A stretch of DNA of 64,000 bases from an uncultured archaeon (GTDB taxonomy: Archaea; Asgardarchaeota; Hermodarchaeia; Hermodarchaeales; Hermodarchaeaceae). Made by a program: the position numbers and the translations under genes. The first letter of the stretch is position 1, and the number at the start of each line of letters is the position of its first letter. The notes under the pieces were generated by a model. That model was given only the letters and a program-made list of their open reading frames with translations, was not told the origin of the DNA and ran no database searches. Shown here in pieces: positions 38,089-48,134 of this stretch. The DNA is taken from assembly GCA_964347045.1 (NCBI GenBank), contig CAYFXC010000001.1, positions 121,243 through 185,242 of the forward strand, in the 5' to 3' direction.

Positions 38089-40095
38089 TTACTTTACAAA
38101 ATCGACAGAACCTGGTGGTAATACCGCAATGATTTCATCAACGCTCAAGACATGAACCTGCTTTTTTAGTTCTTCTGAAACTTGGTCAGCAAATTGCTTG
38201 CGTATCTGCTTTGCAGCATCTGAAACTTTTATTTTTCCTGGAATAAGCAACGCATAAATCTTAGTTTTCAACTTAATTGCTTCTTCAGGTCCTGCAATGA
38301 TAATCGGAAATCCCTCTTCAACAATCAATCCTAATGCTATACGCACAGGCGCATTACGAACATAGTTTCTTTCACCTCTCACCATAACAGCTCCTTTTGG
38401 AAGAAATTCTCCTGATGGTGCGCTCAACGAAACTTGATCACTATTTACCCAATAAGTATCTGCGGCACTCCACCCCGCCTTCCATGCACGCGAATAACTT
38501 ACAGCAAATGTTGCTATTTCGAGCAGCTCTTGGTCAGTAACCTCTTGGCCCTCCGTTTTTGCTACTACGACAGGAGCGCCAGCGAAATCAGCGTGGAAAA
38601 ACAAATCCAGTTCTTCAAGATATTTACGGATTAATTGCTGATTACTGCTAGCATCGCGGCCTCCTAACACCAACATGTCATTCGAAGTTCGAAACCACCG
38701 AAATTTCTCAAACCATCGCTTTTTTCGACGGGTAACAAGTTTCTCAGACTCCATTAGAATTAACTCATCATCTCTTTTTTCTAGTAGTTTGGCGATCTTG
38801 GTGTCTGTGTCTTTTATAGCAATTAACGCGCCTTTCACCTTTTTTTCTAGCTGTTTGCTTCGTTGAAATAATTGGTTCGCATTATCTGTCGCTGATAATC
38901 GAACATCTAAGGTTAACATCAATTTATCCAACTTAATATGGACACGCCCTGCATGCTGATCAATTTTTAAAAAAATCATAGCAGCTGGAATTTCTTTTCG
39001 TTTACCTTCTTCAAGGCGATTAGTAATTTCGTTCCAAGATAGACCTTGTTGGCGCGCATCTTGGATAGTTGAGAGAAGCTCTCCGACAACATCGAGATAT
39101 TGATAAATTGCATTGGCAGCCTCGCGACTTTGTGCTGCACGGGTTTGCATAGTGTCCAGATGTTCTTTCTGCTGTTCTCGTAAACGATGAAGTTTTGCGA
39201 GATTACTTTGATATTTGTCCTCAACCTCATCAATGGCTGCTTCCTCTATTCGTGTCGAATAGAAGCTATCCAGCGCCTCGTTGAATGTTGAAAATTTCTT
39301 CACTGTTGCATCGGGGTAAAGGGAACTTTTTGTGGGAATTACCCTAAAGGGGTCTTCATTTTCATTGAGAATAATCTGAGGGCTCAGTGGTTCCTTTTCA
39401 AGAGTTTGAAAATACTTCAGCAAACCCTTATGAAGCTTTTTTTTCTGATTGGTGGAGAGCTCCGAGGCTATGAATGTAGGTTTCAGGTTCACAGTCGCAA
39501 GTATTTCTTCTGCGGTCGTTCCACTCATGTTCAAGTTTCGTGCAATTGTTCGAATCAACTCATGAGTTGATTCATCAAGAATTTTGATTAGGCTCTCCAA
39601 AGAAACTTCGCGGGGGTCTACAGCTCTTAGTGGTGGGAACTTAAACGGTGCTCCCCGAACGATATCACGATCTCTCATTCGTCGAAACGTCATAGCTGAA
39701 ACAATTCTATTCTTCGGGTCAAGTAGAATAGCATTTCCACCACCAAATAGTTCTATCACTAAGGTAAATTGCTTCTCAGGAGGTCCAGCTCGAAGATATA
39801 CTACCCGATCAAAATCGTGTTGTTGAATATCCGTCACTTTATGATTGCGTAGTTGTTTTCTTAAAGCCTTACAAAAAGCTCGGAGTTTGGCTCCTCGCTC
39901 ATAGGAAAATGACGTAAGATGCATCCGTTTTCCTGGCTCAATTAATAGCCAAATCTTATTTGGTGAATCAGAACTGAATTTAAAAAGCAATGTACCGTTA
40001 AGTTGATAAACATTCAGAATCCATCTCCCGATTAATATATCCTTGATTTCACGTAACATGACTAATATATCGGAAGCTGACATTCCAGAACTCAC
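38089..40095 (-). CDS. NFACT-family protein (Rqc2/Tae2/FbpA homologue)
   Basis: NFACT-N, coiled coil, and DUF814 'MLVLGGRDASSNQQLIRKY...LFFHADFAGAPVVV'. Confidence 0.8.
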   Translation of the reverse strand: MSSGMSASDILVMLREIKDILIGRWILNVYQLNGTLLFKFSSDSPNKIWLLIEPGKRMHLTSFSYERGAKLRAFCKALRKQLRNHKVTDIQQHDFDRVVYLRAGPPEKQFTLVIELFGGGNAILLDPKNRIVSAMTFRRMRDRDIVRGAPFKFPPLRAVDPREVSLESLIKILDESTHELIRTIARNLNMSGTTAEEILATVNLKPTFIASELSTNQKKKLHKGLLKYFQTLEKEPLSPQIILNENEDPFRVIPTKSSLYPDATVKKFSTFNEALDSFYSTRIEEAAIDEVEDKYQSNLAKLHRLREQQKEHLDTMQTRAAQSREAANAIYQYLDVVGELLSTIQDARQQGLSWNEITNRLEEGKRKEIPAAMIFLKIDQHAGRVHIKLDKLMLTLDVRLSATDNANQLFQRSKQLEKKVKGALIAIKDTDTKIAKLLEKRDDELILMESEKLVTRRKKRWFEKFRWFRTSNDMLVLGGRDASSNQQLIRKYLEELDLFFHADFAGAPVVVAKTEGQEVTDQELLEIATFAVSYSRAWKAGWSAADTYWVNSDQVSLSAPSGEFLPKGAVMVRGERNYVRNAPVRIALGLIVEEGFPIIIAGPEEAIKLKTKIYALLIPGKIKVSDAAKQIRKQFADQVSEELKKQVHVLSVDEIIAVLPPGSVDFVK

Positions 40096-40107
40096 GGAGG
40101 TTCACCT

Positions 40108-40464
40108 TTGTCTAAGAAATCGTTACCTGAAGAATCATTGCCATGGAATCAACTTTGGCGTCATCGAGTTACTCCTGAAGATTTAATCTACTTCACAAGA
40201 CTTATCTTCGCACTTATTTCAGCAGCAATTGCCTTAGCCTTTAACCTTTCGGGTCCCCTCGGCCTGGTGGGATTTATTCTAGGGATAGTTTTAGTTGTTG
40301 TATCTTACTTCATTCCAATCTATGTCCTAGGCGTTAATCCTCAAGAAGTGGGGGGGAACGCTAAAGGACTTATGAAGGGATTAGGCACGGGAGTTCTAAT
40401 TTTCATTGTAATTTGGTTCGCAGTGTTTAATTTCGTTTACTATTACTCGGCTTTGCCTCCCTGA
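40108..40464 (+). CDS. Small two-TM membrane protein
   Basis: Hydrophobic helices 'LIFALISAAIALAFNL' and 'VLIFIVIWFAVFNFVYY'. Confidence 0.4.
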   Translation: MSKKSLPEESLPWNQLWRHRVTPEDLIYFTRLIFALISAAIALAFNLSGPLGLVGFILGIVLVVVSYFIPIYVLGVNPQEVGGNAKGLMKGLGTGVLIFIVIWFAVFNFVYYYSALPP

Positions 40465-40568
40465 ATTCCATTAAGGATTTCGCTTAAAAACCGTTCAATC
40501 TTTGAGGAAACCTTAATAGGTAACCTTCCCTATTTTCGTTTTAGACATTTTTTCATCGAGGGAGTTTA

Positions 40569-41096
40569 GTGAAACTTGATGATAAGGATCTGCATATTCT
40601 CTCATTGCTCCATAAGGATGGACGAGCGAAGTATACACAAATCGCAAGAACATTATCGAAAGCGATGAATCAAAACATCCCGGATACAACAATTTTGTTC
40701 CGAATTAGGAAACTTCAACAAGCCGGGGTGATTAAACGATTTACAGTGAGCATTGATCAAGAGATGCTTGGGTATACCGTCTCTGGTGTAATGTTTATTG
40801 AAATTGGTGGCCATATCCTTCGCGATATTACGATAGAACACACTCAGAAAATTAAGACAGAACTTGAAAGCCGATCTAATGTCATTTTTCTTGCATTGAA
40901 TGAGACTGAAACTGGCATTTTTGCATTTATTCTCGGTAAACAGACAACGGATCTTGAAGAGATTTTCAACAAATTAAAAGACAACCCCGATGTTGTTGAT
41001 GCGAGATTGTGGTTTCTGAAGCAACCAACGAAGGGTGATAGCCTAATAGGAACGAGCTTACCTATCACCGAAAAGGAGGAAAATGATGATGTCTGA
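40569..41096 (+). CDS. Lrp/AsnC-family transcriptional regulator
   Basis: 'LDDKDLHILSLLHKDGRAKYTQIARTL' HTH plus RAM domain; overlaps the next gene by 14 nt. Confidence 0.8.
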   Translation: MKLDDKDLHILSLLHKDGRAKYTQIARTLSKAMNQNIPDTTILFRIRKLQQAGVIKRFTVSIDQEMLGYTVSGVMFIEIGGHILRDITIEHTQKIKTELESRSNVIFLALNETETGIFAFILGKQTTDLEEIFNKLKDNPDVVDARLWFLKQPTKGDSLIGTSLPITEKEENDDV

Positions 41097-41826
41097 GACA
41101 TCTGAACGAGTTAAGACGGGAATTCCTGGGTTAGACGGGATTCTTCATGGAGGGTTTATACCTGGAAGCAATGTGCTTGTCTCTGGTGGGGCAGGTACAG
41201 GAAAAACTATCTTTTGTATGCAATTTATCTATTCAGGAGCGATGAAATACGGTGACAACGGTGTGTTTGTCACTTTAGAAGAGCGACCAAAGGAGTTGCG
41301 TCATGAAGCATCGCGTTTTGGATGGAATTTTGAAAAATTGCAAGAAGAAGAAAAACTCATCATCGTTGATGCAGCTTCTAGTAAAGCTGGATTACCGACA
41401 ACAGAGCCTCATGCAATACGCACGGGGCTTGATATCAATGCTCTTGCACAGGAAATCTATCGTGTCACAAAACGAATAAATGCGCGACGTATTGTCATTG
41501 ATTCTGTATCCGGTCTTGGCATACGCTTTGAAGGAATAGCCGCAGTACGAAATGCCATATTCAAACTATCGAGCTTATTACGTGAACTTGGAGCAACATC
41601 AATTATGACTTCGGAGGTAGCCGAAGGGTCAACTGGGTTTAGCCGGTATGGAGTAGAGGAATTTATCGCTCAAGGGCTGGTCATTCTTTCACTCACTGAA
41701 CAAGATCGTGAACTTCGACGAAGTCTTGTGGTTCGCAAGATGCGTCAAACTGGTCACAGTCTAAAACGATTTCCCTTTGAAATTAGCAGTTCTGGGCTAG
41801 TCGTCATGCCTGGTGGCGAACTTTAA
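41083..41826 (+). CDS. KaiC-like RecA-superfamily ATPase (single domain)
   Basis: 'TGIPGLDGILHGGFIPGSNVLVSGGAGTGKTIFCMQFI' KaiC/RadA fold. Confidence 0.8.
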   Translation: MMMSETSERVKTGIPGLDGILHGGFIPGSNVLVSGGAGTGKTIFCMQFIYSGAMKYGDNGVFVTLEERPKELRHEASRFGWNFEKLQEEEKLIIVDAASSKAGLPTTEPHAIRTGLDINALAQEIYRVTKRINARRIVIDSVSGLGIRFEGIAAVRNAIFKLSSLLRELGATSIMTSEVAEGSTGFSRYGVEEFIAQGLVILSLTEQDRELRRSLVVRKMRQTGHSLKRFPFEISSSGLVVMPGGEL

Positions 41827-41839
41827 ATCTTAGCGGAAT

Positions 41840-42421
41840 TTACTGCAACAATCCTATTAGTATTAACAAGAGCATGTAAATGATGAACAAATAGACAATC
41901 AGGGGAACATCAACCTCTTTCCATTCATTACTTTGTGATGGTAGAATAACTAAGGTTCTAGTTAACCAATAGAATTTCTTTTCTGGCTTTTGCATAGGAT
42001 CTTGATTTTTTGAGTTTCTTTTCCAGACTAATAGGTTTCCTAACAGAAGCCTCAGGCTATGAAATCCCACCAATAAGAACGCCCCAATTAACACCGTGAC
42101 TGGTGCAAGTGCTAGCCAAAGTGGTTCTAATTTTATCCAGGGATAGATCAACGAGATTAAAAGAACTGCTTTCCCATCCGCACCGCCAAGAACTCCTAGT
42201 TGGAATCCACCTATAACTAGAACAAATACTAACAACACTTGCAAACTATACAAAAACCACAGCCCTACAATTACTACACGAAAAAGGGTGAGAGGCAGAA
42301 CAAATATTCCAACTATCCAAACCCCATTGGACACTTCTTTTCTCTGATAGTCTCTAATTGCTGCGTACAGCAAAAGAAGAAAGATGAAGACTGTTGTTAC
42401 AATTCCGAGTAGAATGTCCAC
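41840..42421 (-). CDS. A24-family prepilin/prearchaellin peptidase-like membrane protein
   Basis: Multi-TM with 'AAIRDYQRKEV' and 'LGGADGKAVLLI', candidates for the two catalytic Asp boxes. Confidence 0.5.
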   Translation of the reverse strand: MDILLGIVTTVFIFLLLLYAAIRDYQRKEVSNGVWIVGIFVLPLTLFRVVIVGLWFLYSLQVLLVFVLVIGGFQLGVLGGADGKAVLLISLIYPWIKLEPLWLALAPVTVLIGAFLLVGFHSLRLLLGNLLVWKRNSKNQDPMQKPEKKFYWLTRTLVILPSQSNEWKEVDVPLIVYLFIIYMLLLILIGLLQ

Positions 42422-42481
42422 TAAATACCCTCAAGTATACAATTACTTATTCACCTTATAGAGTCCACAGAAATTAATGGA

Positions 42482-42742
42482 TTATTCAGCGGTGATGCTT
42501 CTTCGTAGAAACCGAAAATAGAAGTAGAAACCTAAGAGAATTAGCGCGACTATTTGAGCCACTAAACCTATTGTGAGTAAGAGCAGTCCTCCACCAACTA
42601 CTCCTGAGGCTTTACCAATAAATACGACCCCGATACCGCTAAATAAGAGAATAAAAATAAAAACTGCCTCAATAAGAGTCCCAAAACGGCTGAGTAATGT
42701 TCGAATACGCGAACTATCAGTTGACAAGTTTTTTAACACCAT
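42482..42742 (-). CDS. Small membrane protein (hypothetical)
   Basis: 86 aa with two TM segments. Confidence 0.3.
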   Translation of the reverse strand: MVLKNLSTDSSRIRTLLSRFGTLIEAVFIFILLFSGIGVVFIGKASGVVGGGLLLLTIGLVAQIVALILLGFYFYFRFLRRSITAE

Positions 42743-42854
42743 ATATTCGGGAATTTATTTTTTAATTGGAGGAGTTGAGCAGTATTCAGATTAGCATATA
42801 AATGTACGCCAAGCGGCTAGACATTGTTCGGTTCTAGACAAGGCTACTTGAGGA

Positions 42855-43136
42855 TTACTTCACGGCATTAATTATGACTTGTTTAACAGCAGGTTCGCAT
42901 ACCTTACGAACACCATGCTCGCCTGGTTCATAGTGACTTTTGATAAGTCCTGCTTGTTCAAGAATTTTAACCTGTGCGCTGATATTTGCTTCAGTCTGTT
43001 TAAGCGCTTTCGCGATTCGGCTGACATCCATACTCTTGTCACGAAGAAGAGAAATGATGTTCCACCTTGTTCTACTGGAGAGCGCCTTAGCCACACGCGG
43101 CACTTCTTCATCGGGTACTTCAAATCGTTCATTCAA
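42855..43136 (-). CDS. ArsR-family transcriptional regulator
   Basis: 'SSRTRWNIISLLRDKSMDVSRIAKALKQTEANISAQVKILEQAGLI'. Confidence 0.8.
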   Translation of the reverse strand: MNERFEVPDEEVPRVAKALSSRTRWNIISLLRDKSMDVSRIAKALKQTEANISAQVKILEQAGLIKSHYEPGEHGVRKVCEPAVKQVIINAVK

Positions 43137-43332
43137 TTTTATGGACTCCCGCCACAGCAGTACGATGAAACAGTAGGCAATTCATCGGCTCTCCCTAATA
43201 TACGTTTCCCAATTTAATTAAGCGGAGAGCTATCTAAACATCTAATCACCAAATGGAAGCGTTCTTCATTAGATTCGGATGCGAATGATAGAGGCTCGTT
43301 AAAGTCGCCTGATAATTGAATCTTTAATCTGG

Positions 43333-44286
43333 TTGGATGTGCCCAATAGTTTTTTTCGGCACCAAATAATATTTAAAGTGATCAATGTGCATCGTCTAGC
43401 CAAAATTCTACCTGAAATTCAACCCGAAGAAATTCAAGTTCTTCAAACGCTCGAAGAAACAGCTCACCGTTTTGAATACGTTCCACTCGATGAGGTCAAA
43501 AAACGAACCGACATTGATGCTGAAGATGTTTTATTTCTTCTGGGGCAACTAAATAAGAAAGGTTTAGTCCAAAGGAAAAAAGAACGCTATCTTGGCTATC
43601 GAATATCTCAAACAGGTTATGACGCTTTAGCACTCTATGATTTAGCCTTGAATGATGTCATTCTGTCCTTAGGACAACCTTATGGTGTCGGCAAAGAAGC
43701 GACGGTATATCGTGCTCTTGATGCAGAAAATAAAGAAGTTGCTGTTAAATTCCTCCGGTGGGGTCGAACAAGTTTTCGACGAGTTAGACGGCTTCGCACG
43801 TTGAAAGATGAGCCATTATACTCATGGATGGATTTCAGTAAGCGCGCGGCAAGCCGTGAGTTCACCGCGCTGCGAATATTGCAAAAGGTAGGAGGTAAAG
43901 TTCCTCATCCAAAGGAAGTCAACCGACATGTTATTGTGATGTCAAAAATGTCTGGTGAACTTTTGTTGCACCTACTTGAATTAAGAAAGCCAGAAAAAGT
44001 ATTTGAACAGATTATCCAACAAGTTCAGCTTGCATATCAAAAAGCAGAATTGATTCATGGCGACCTTAGTGAATACAATGTGTTTGTTGATGACAAGGAG
44101 CAAATTACTCTCTTTGATTGGCCGCAATGGCAGCCTTTAACACATCCCAATGCTTTATGGTTGCTGAAACGCGACATCACAAACGTTACAACGTTCTTTC
44201 AACGCAGATTCCGTATCCTAAGCGATGTTGACGAAATTCTGGCAAGAGTAACAGCTAGTCCAAAAGGGAAGAAAAAGAATGTCTGA
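43333..44286 (+). CDS. rio2: RIO-type serine/threonine kinase Rio2 (N-terminal wHTH)
   Basis: 'GKEATVYRA', 'HGDLSEYNVFV', 'LFDWPQW'. The likely start is the GTG near 43387 ('VHRLAKILPEIQPEEIQVL'). Confidence 0.85.
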   Translation: MDVPNSFFRHQIIFKVINVHRLAKILPEIQPEEIQVLQTLEETAHRFEYVPLDEVKKRTDIDAEDVLFLLGQLNKKGLVQRKKERYLGYRISQTGYDALALYDLALNDVILSLGQPYGVGKEATVYRALDAENKEVAVKFLRWGRTSFRRVRRLRTLKDEPLYSWMDFSKRAASREFTALRILQKVGGKVPHPKEVNRHVIVMSKMSGELLLHLLELRKPEKVFEQIIQQVQLAYQKAELIHGDLSEYNVFVDDKEQITLFDWPQWQPLTHPNALWLLKRDITNVTTFFQRRFRILSDVDEILARVTASPKGKKKNV

Positions 44287-46351
44287 GACGACCACACCAT
44301 TGATTATTGGCTTTGATATTCTTCCACAAAAGTCTCCATCAGCTCTAAAATCACTTCGATACGCTATGGCAATTTTAAAAGGAGAGACCATTGAAACGCG
44401 TGATTCAATTCGACGAACAGAGTTACTGAAGAATGTTCGTCAAATTAAACCTGACATTCTTGCGACTGATAATTTACTTGAGTTGGCTTCCACTGAGAAG
44501 GGAGTAATAGATTTTCTTTCAAAGGTTCCCTCAAAAACTCGGGTCATACAGGTTACCGGGTCTCCGGTTTATGGTATGACATCAATAACGAAATTGGCGA
44601 AAAGACATGGACTGCGGATTAAAAGACATCCCACTCCGATTGAAACAGCAACACTACTCACACAGTTAGCTGCCCTAGGTGTCGGTACAGAAATTTCAGC
44701 AATAGCACGGGAAACGCGAATTTCGGTGTCGAGAGCCCGTAATGTTGGACCAGGTGGTTTTTCGCAAGCGCGATTTCAAAGGCGAATGCATGGAGCTATT
44801 CAACAGGTTGCTCGTAGTATTATAGAAAAAATTACAAAAGCTCAAATGGACTTTGATCAATATGAGACGCGAACATCTTATGGTTGGTCACGATGTTTGA
44901 TACATGTTTATGATTCATTTGATAATCTGACTAAGATTGTAAAATCAGAAATTAATCGAGTTGCAGGTGTTGCAGTTCGAATTTCTCCAGTGAAGCATCG
45001 TACGATTTTGTATCTCCAAAGTAAGGATAAAAAAGATCAGATCAGTCCACGTAGATTATTAGTCGTTGGTGTTGATGCAGGAACAACGGTTGGGATAGCA
45101 ATTTCAGATGTCGCAGGACGAGTAATTGCCATTCATAGTGGGCGTGGCTTGTCCAGGGGAGATGTGATACGGTATCTCGTTGATTATGGAAAACCCGTTC
45201 TGATTGTTGCAGATGTTTCTCCCGCACCTAGCTTTATTGAAAAACTAAGTACATCACTTCAAACTCCACTCTTTGTGCCTGAGAAATTATTGTCAGTTGC
45301 TGAAAAACGACAGTTGGTAAAATCATTTACTAACGATTCTGGTGTGCAACATCAAAACTCACATCAGCGAGACGCCTTAGCGGCTATAGCGAATGTATTT
45401 CATGTCTATGATCGAAAATTGAATCTTCTACGAAATCGACTTGCTGAAAGTGAAAAACAACACAACGTATCAGAGGCCTTAAAGGTCGTTCTTCAGGGCG
45501 GTTCGGTTCATGATGCCATTGACCAATCCCTAATCTTTGAAGGTACTATGAAAATTGAATCCCAACCTGCTGAACCATTAAAAGCAACAGAAAAATCATC
45601 CACTAATGAAAATCTACAGGAATATATTAACCGGTTGAGACGCCAAGTTGAATCGCTCAAACGTCAACTGGAATTTGAAAAAAATAAATTTCTTCATAGC
45701 CAGGAATCATTAAACCAACTGTGGAAAGATTATCAGAAAACTAAACGACAACTGAATCGAGTATTAAATATCGAACAACGTGAGAAACGTCGTGATGAAC
45801 ATATTAGAAGAAAAAATGAGGAGATCACACGCCTTCAGAAGACACTCAAGAAAGCCAATGAGAAGATTGAAACCGCGGAACATACGATTTCAAACCTAAA
45901 ATTGATGCGGCAACTTGAAACCCGTGGAGAAGTTCAGCCCATTCTCGTACTTCACCATTTTTCGCAAGAAGAAATAAGACGAATAAAAACACGCTATTCA
46001 AAGAAAAAAGCAAAAATCGTTCTGATTCAAGACCCAAGTGGTGGAGGAAGCTCAACAGCAGAGCATCTAATTCAAAATGGCGTTCAAATCATCATTACGA
46101 AAGGAACTATGTCGCATTTAGCGCTCAACCAATTTACCTCTGCGCATATTCCTGTGATTGAAGCGAAAAAACTGCGCATAACAATGGTTGATGAATTTGC
46201 AGTTGTTAATGTTCAGCAGTTGGATGAAGAAATCAGGAAATGGCAGGAAAGGCATAAAGTCGCTGAACGCGAAGCGGCAGCAGATTCCTTAGAACGTCTT
46301 ATTGAGGAATATCGCCAAGAAAGGCGGAGTGAAGAATCCGAACGAAAATAA
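44279..46351 (+). CDS. DUF460/COG2433-like archaeal protein with an RNase-H-like (YqgF-like) domain and a long coiled coil
   Basis: 'LLVVGVDAGTTVGIAISDVAGRVIAIHSG ... VLIVADVSPAP'; central Gln/Lys/Glu-rich coiled coil; 8-nt overlap with rio2. Confidence 0.5.
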   Translation: MSETTTPLIIGFDILPQKSPSALKSLRYAMAILKGETIETRDSIRRTELLKNVRQIKPDILATDNLLELASTEKGVIDFLSKVPSKTRVIQVTGSPVYGMTSITKLAKRHGLRIKRHPTPIETATLLTQLAALGVGTEISAIARETRISVSRARNVGPGGFSQARFQRRMHGAIQQVARSIIEKITKAQMDFDQYETRTSYGWSRCLIHVYDSFDNLTKIVKSEINRVAGVAVRISPVKHRTILYLQSKDKKDQISPRRLLVVGVDAGTTVGIAISDVAGRVIAIHSGRGLSRGDVIRYLVDYGKPVLIVADVSPAPSFIEKLSTSLQTPLFVPEKLLSVAEKRQLVKSFTNDSGVQHQNSHQRDALAAIANVFHVYDRKLNLLRNRLAESEKQHNVSEALKVVLQGGSVHDAIDQSLIFEGTMKIESQPAEPLKATEKSSTNENLQEYINRLRRQVESLKRQLEFEKNKFLHSQESLNQLWKDYQKTKRQLNRVLNIEQREKRRDEHIRRKNEEITRLQKTLKKANEKIETAEHTISNLKLMRQLETRGEVQPILVLHHFSQEEIRRIKTRYSKKKAKIVLIQDPSGGGSSTAEHLIQNGVQIIITKGTMSHLALNQFTSAHIPVIEAKKLRITMVDEFAVVNVQQLDEEIRKWQERHKVAEREAAADSLERLIEEYRQERRSEESERK

Positions 46352-46382
46352 CATTCTTCTGAGTATGTCGCCTTTTTTCGTT

Positions 46383-46643
46383 CTATTCTTTATTTTCCCA
46401 AATAATCTGTGTGAGATCGGGTTTAATATAGAGTATGTTATTCCCCCGAATTAAGACCTCACCAAATTTCGCAGTTGGGTTTCCTTCCATGAGTTCCTCG
46501 GCCCCTTCAAGAACAAGGTTCATATACACATCTATCTCCTTAAGGCGACCACGGTATTCCGTTCCATCTTTGAGTTTAATCAAAACAAGATTAGTAATCG
46601 CTTTTTGTAAGATTTTTATTGGCTGGTTCTCCACGGGTTTCAA
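46383..46643 (-). CDS. Sm-like archaeal protein (LSm)
   Basis: 'VLIKLKDGTEYRGRLKEIDVYMNLVLEGAEE...GEVLIRGNNILYI' Sm1/Sm2 motifs. Confidence 0.85.
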   Translation of the reverse strand: MKPVENQPIKILQKAITNLVLIKLKDGTEYRGRLKEIDVYMNLVLEGAEELMEGNPTAKFGEVLIRGNNILYIKPDLTQIIWENKE

Positions 46644-46727
46644 CCTCGAAAGTATCTCTGCTAATTGTAAAATGCCACTTAAAGCTAACGGTCAGATAAA
46701 AAGCTAGGAGAAGTTAAATAGCAAGTT

Positions 46728-47261
46728 TCATGACAGCTGGATAACTAGACCGTCATCTTCATCTGCGAGATTTTCAAATTTTTTTATAATATTATATCTT
46801 GTATTAAGATTTGCTTCAAGTTCATGAAGAGGAAATTTCTTTGAAAGGCTGGTTACAGCTAACATACCATCTTTATGCAATATGCGGATGAGTTCAACTA
46901 GCCCCTGGTGAATATCTGCCAGGTTTTGAATCACTGTAATGCAAACCACAGTGGGGACACAAAAGTCTCGAAATGGCAAAGCTTCAGCAAAGGCACATAC
47001 CAAAGAAACAAATTCCCTTTTTTGTTCTAAGTCATTGATCTGCTCTGATGCAACTCGCAGCATCTCAATCGCTCCGTCAACACCAACAATTGGTAAAAAA
47101 TCAACTAAAGAAGCTAATCCAATTCCGGTTCCTACTCCTACATCAATAATTGGACCTTTACATAGAAATGGCGTAATCGCTTGATATTTTACCTTTTGAA
47201 TTCGACGATATCGTAGATTGTATATTGGTGCTGATTCGTCATATAATCGAATTTTTCGCAC
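46728..47261 (-). CDS. Class I SAM-dependent methyltransferase
   Basis: 'IIDVGVGTGIGLASL' motif I. Confidence 0.7.
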   Translation of the reverse strand: MRKIRLYDESAPIYNLRYRRIQKVKYQAITPFLCKGPIIDVGVGTGIGLASLVDFLPIVGVDGAIEMLRVASEQINDLEQKREFVSLVCAFAEALPFRDFCVPTVVCITVIQNLADIHQGLVELIRILHKDGMLAVTSLSKKFPLHELEANLNTRYNIIKKFENLADEDDGLVIQLS

Positions 47262-47301
47262 AATTTCTACCTACGAGTGAATACTTATTTAGAATTATGG
47301 G

Positions 47302-48126
47302 GTGACATCGACAGGAAAGAAATTGCCTGACCATAAGTTTTCGATGAGTGACAAAATTTGGCTTCTCCAATCCCCAACACTCAAAACAGCGTACGCTGTA
47401 CTTGAAGATGCAATTTCTCAGAAACGATTTATCCAAATAATCGGTAGTTGCTTTGTTGAATATCAAGGACGGGCACGATCAGTTCTTACTGAAGGAGAAC
47501 GTCTAATTCTGCTGAAACGTGATGGAACAATTCTGGTTCACAAAGAGAGTGGTGTTGAACCAGTTAACTGGCAGCCACCTGGCGCAACAATTAAAGTGTT
47601 TTTCGAAGATGATGCCCTTTTTCTATTTGCAAATCGCGCTAAACCCCGTGAAACGGTTCGTATCGAATTCTCTTCTCTCACGATGGTGAGTGCAAGCCTT
47701 GTTGACGATCCTGGCGAATTCAGTATGTACTTGACGGAGGCTGAAATGCAGCAAGTTCTAAGCGCTCATCCTGAACTGATTGAACCGGGTCTTCGAACAA
47801 TCAGTAGAGAACGACAGGTTGTACCAGGATTCATCGACATATTTGCACGTGATAGTGAAGGTCGGTTGGTAATCATCGAAGTTAAACGGCGTCGAGCCAA
47901 CAGTGACGCCGTGCATCAACTTCATGGTTATATTAAGAGTTTTCAAACCGATGAATCAACCAAACTCCGAGGCATTCTCGTTGCGCCAAGTCTTACTAAA
48001 GGCACCCAAACGTTACTCGAACAACTCAAGCTAGAATATCGGAAAATTGAGCCACAACAATGCGCAATTTATCTTCATCAAACAAGCTCGCGCAAGCTAA
48101 CTGATTTTCTATCGGATATAGATTAA
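47302..48126 (+). CDS. nucS: Endonuclease NucS (EndoMS, mismatch-specific)
   Basis: C-terminal RecB-like 'GFIDIFARDSEGRLVIIEVKRR' and the N-terminal NucS dimerisation domain. Confidence 0.85.
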   Translation: MTSTGKKLPDHKFSMSDKIWLLQSPTLKTAYAVLEDAISQKRFIQIIGSCFVEYQGRARSVLTEGERLILLKRDGTILVHKESGVEPVNWQPPGATIKVFFEDDALFLFANRAKPRETVRIEFSSLTMVSASLVDDPGEFSMYLTEAEMQQVLSAHPELIEPGLRTISRERQVVPGFIDIFARDSEGRLVIIEVKRRRANSDAVHQLHGYIKSFQTDESTKLRGILVAPSLTKGTQTLLEQLKLEYRKIEPQQCAIYLHQTSSRKLTDFLSDID

Positions 48127-48134
48127 CAGTTAGG

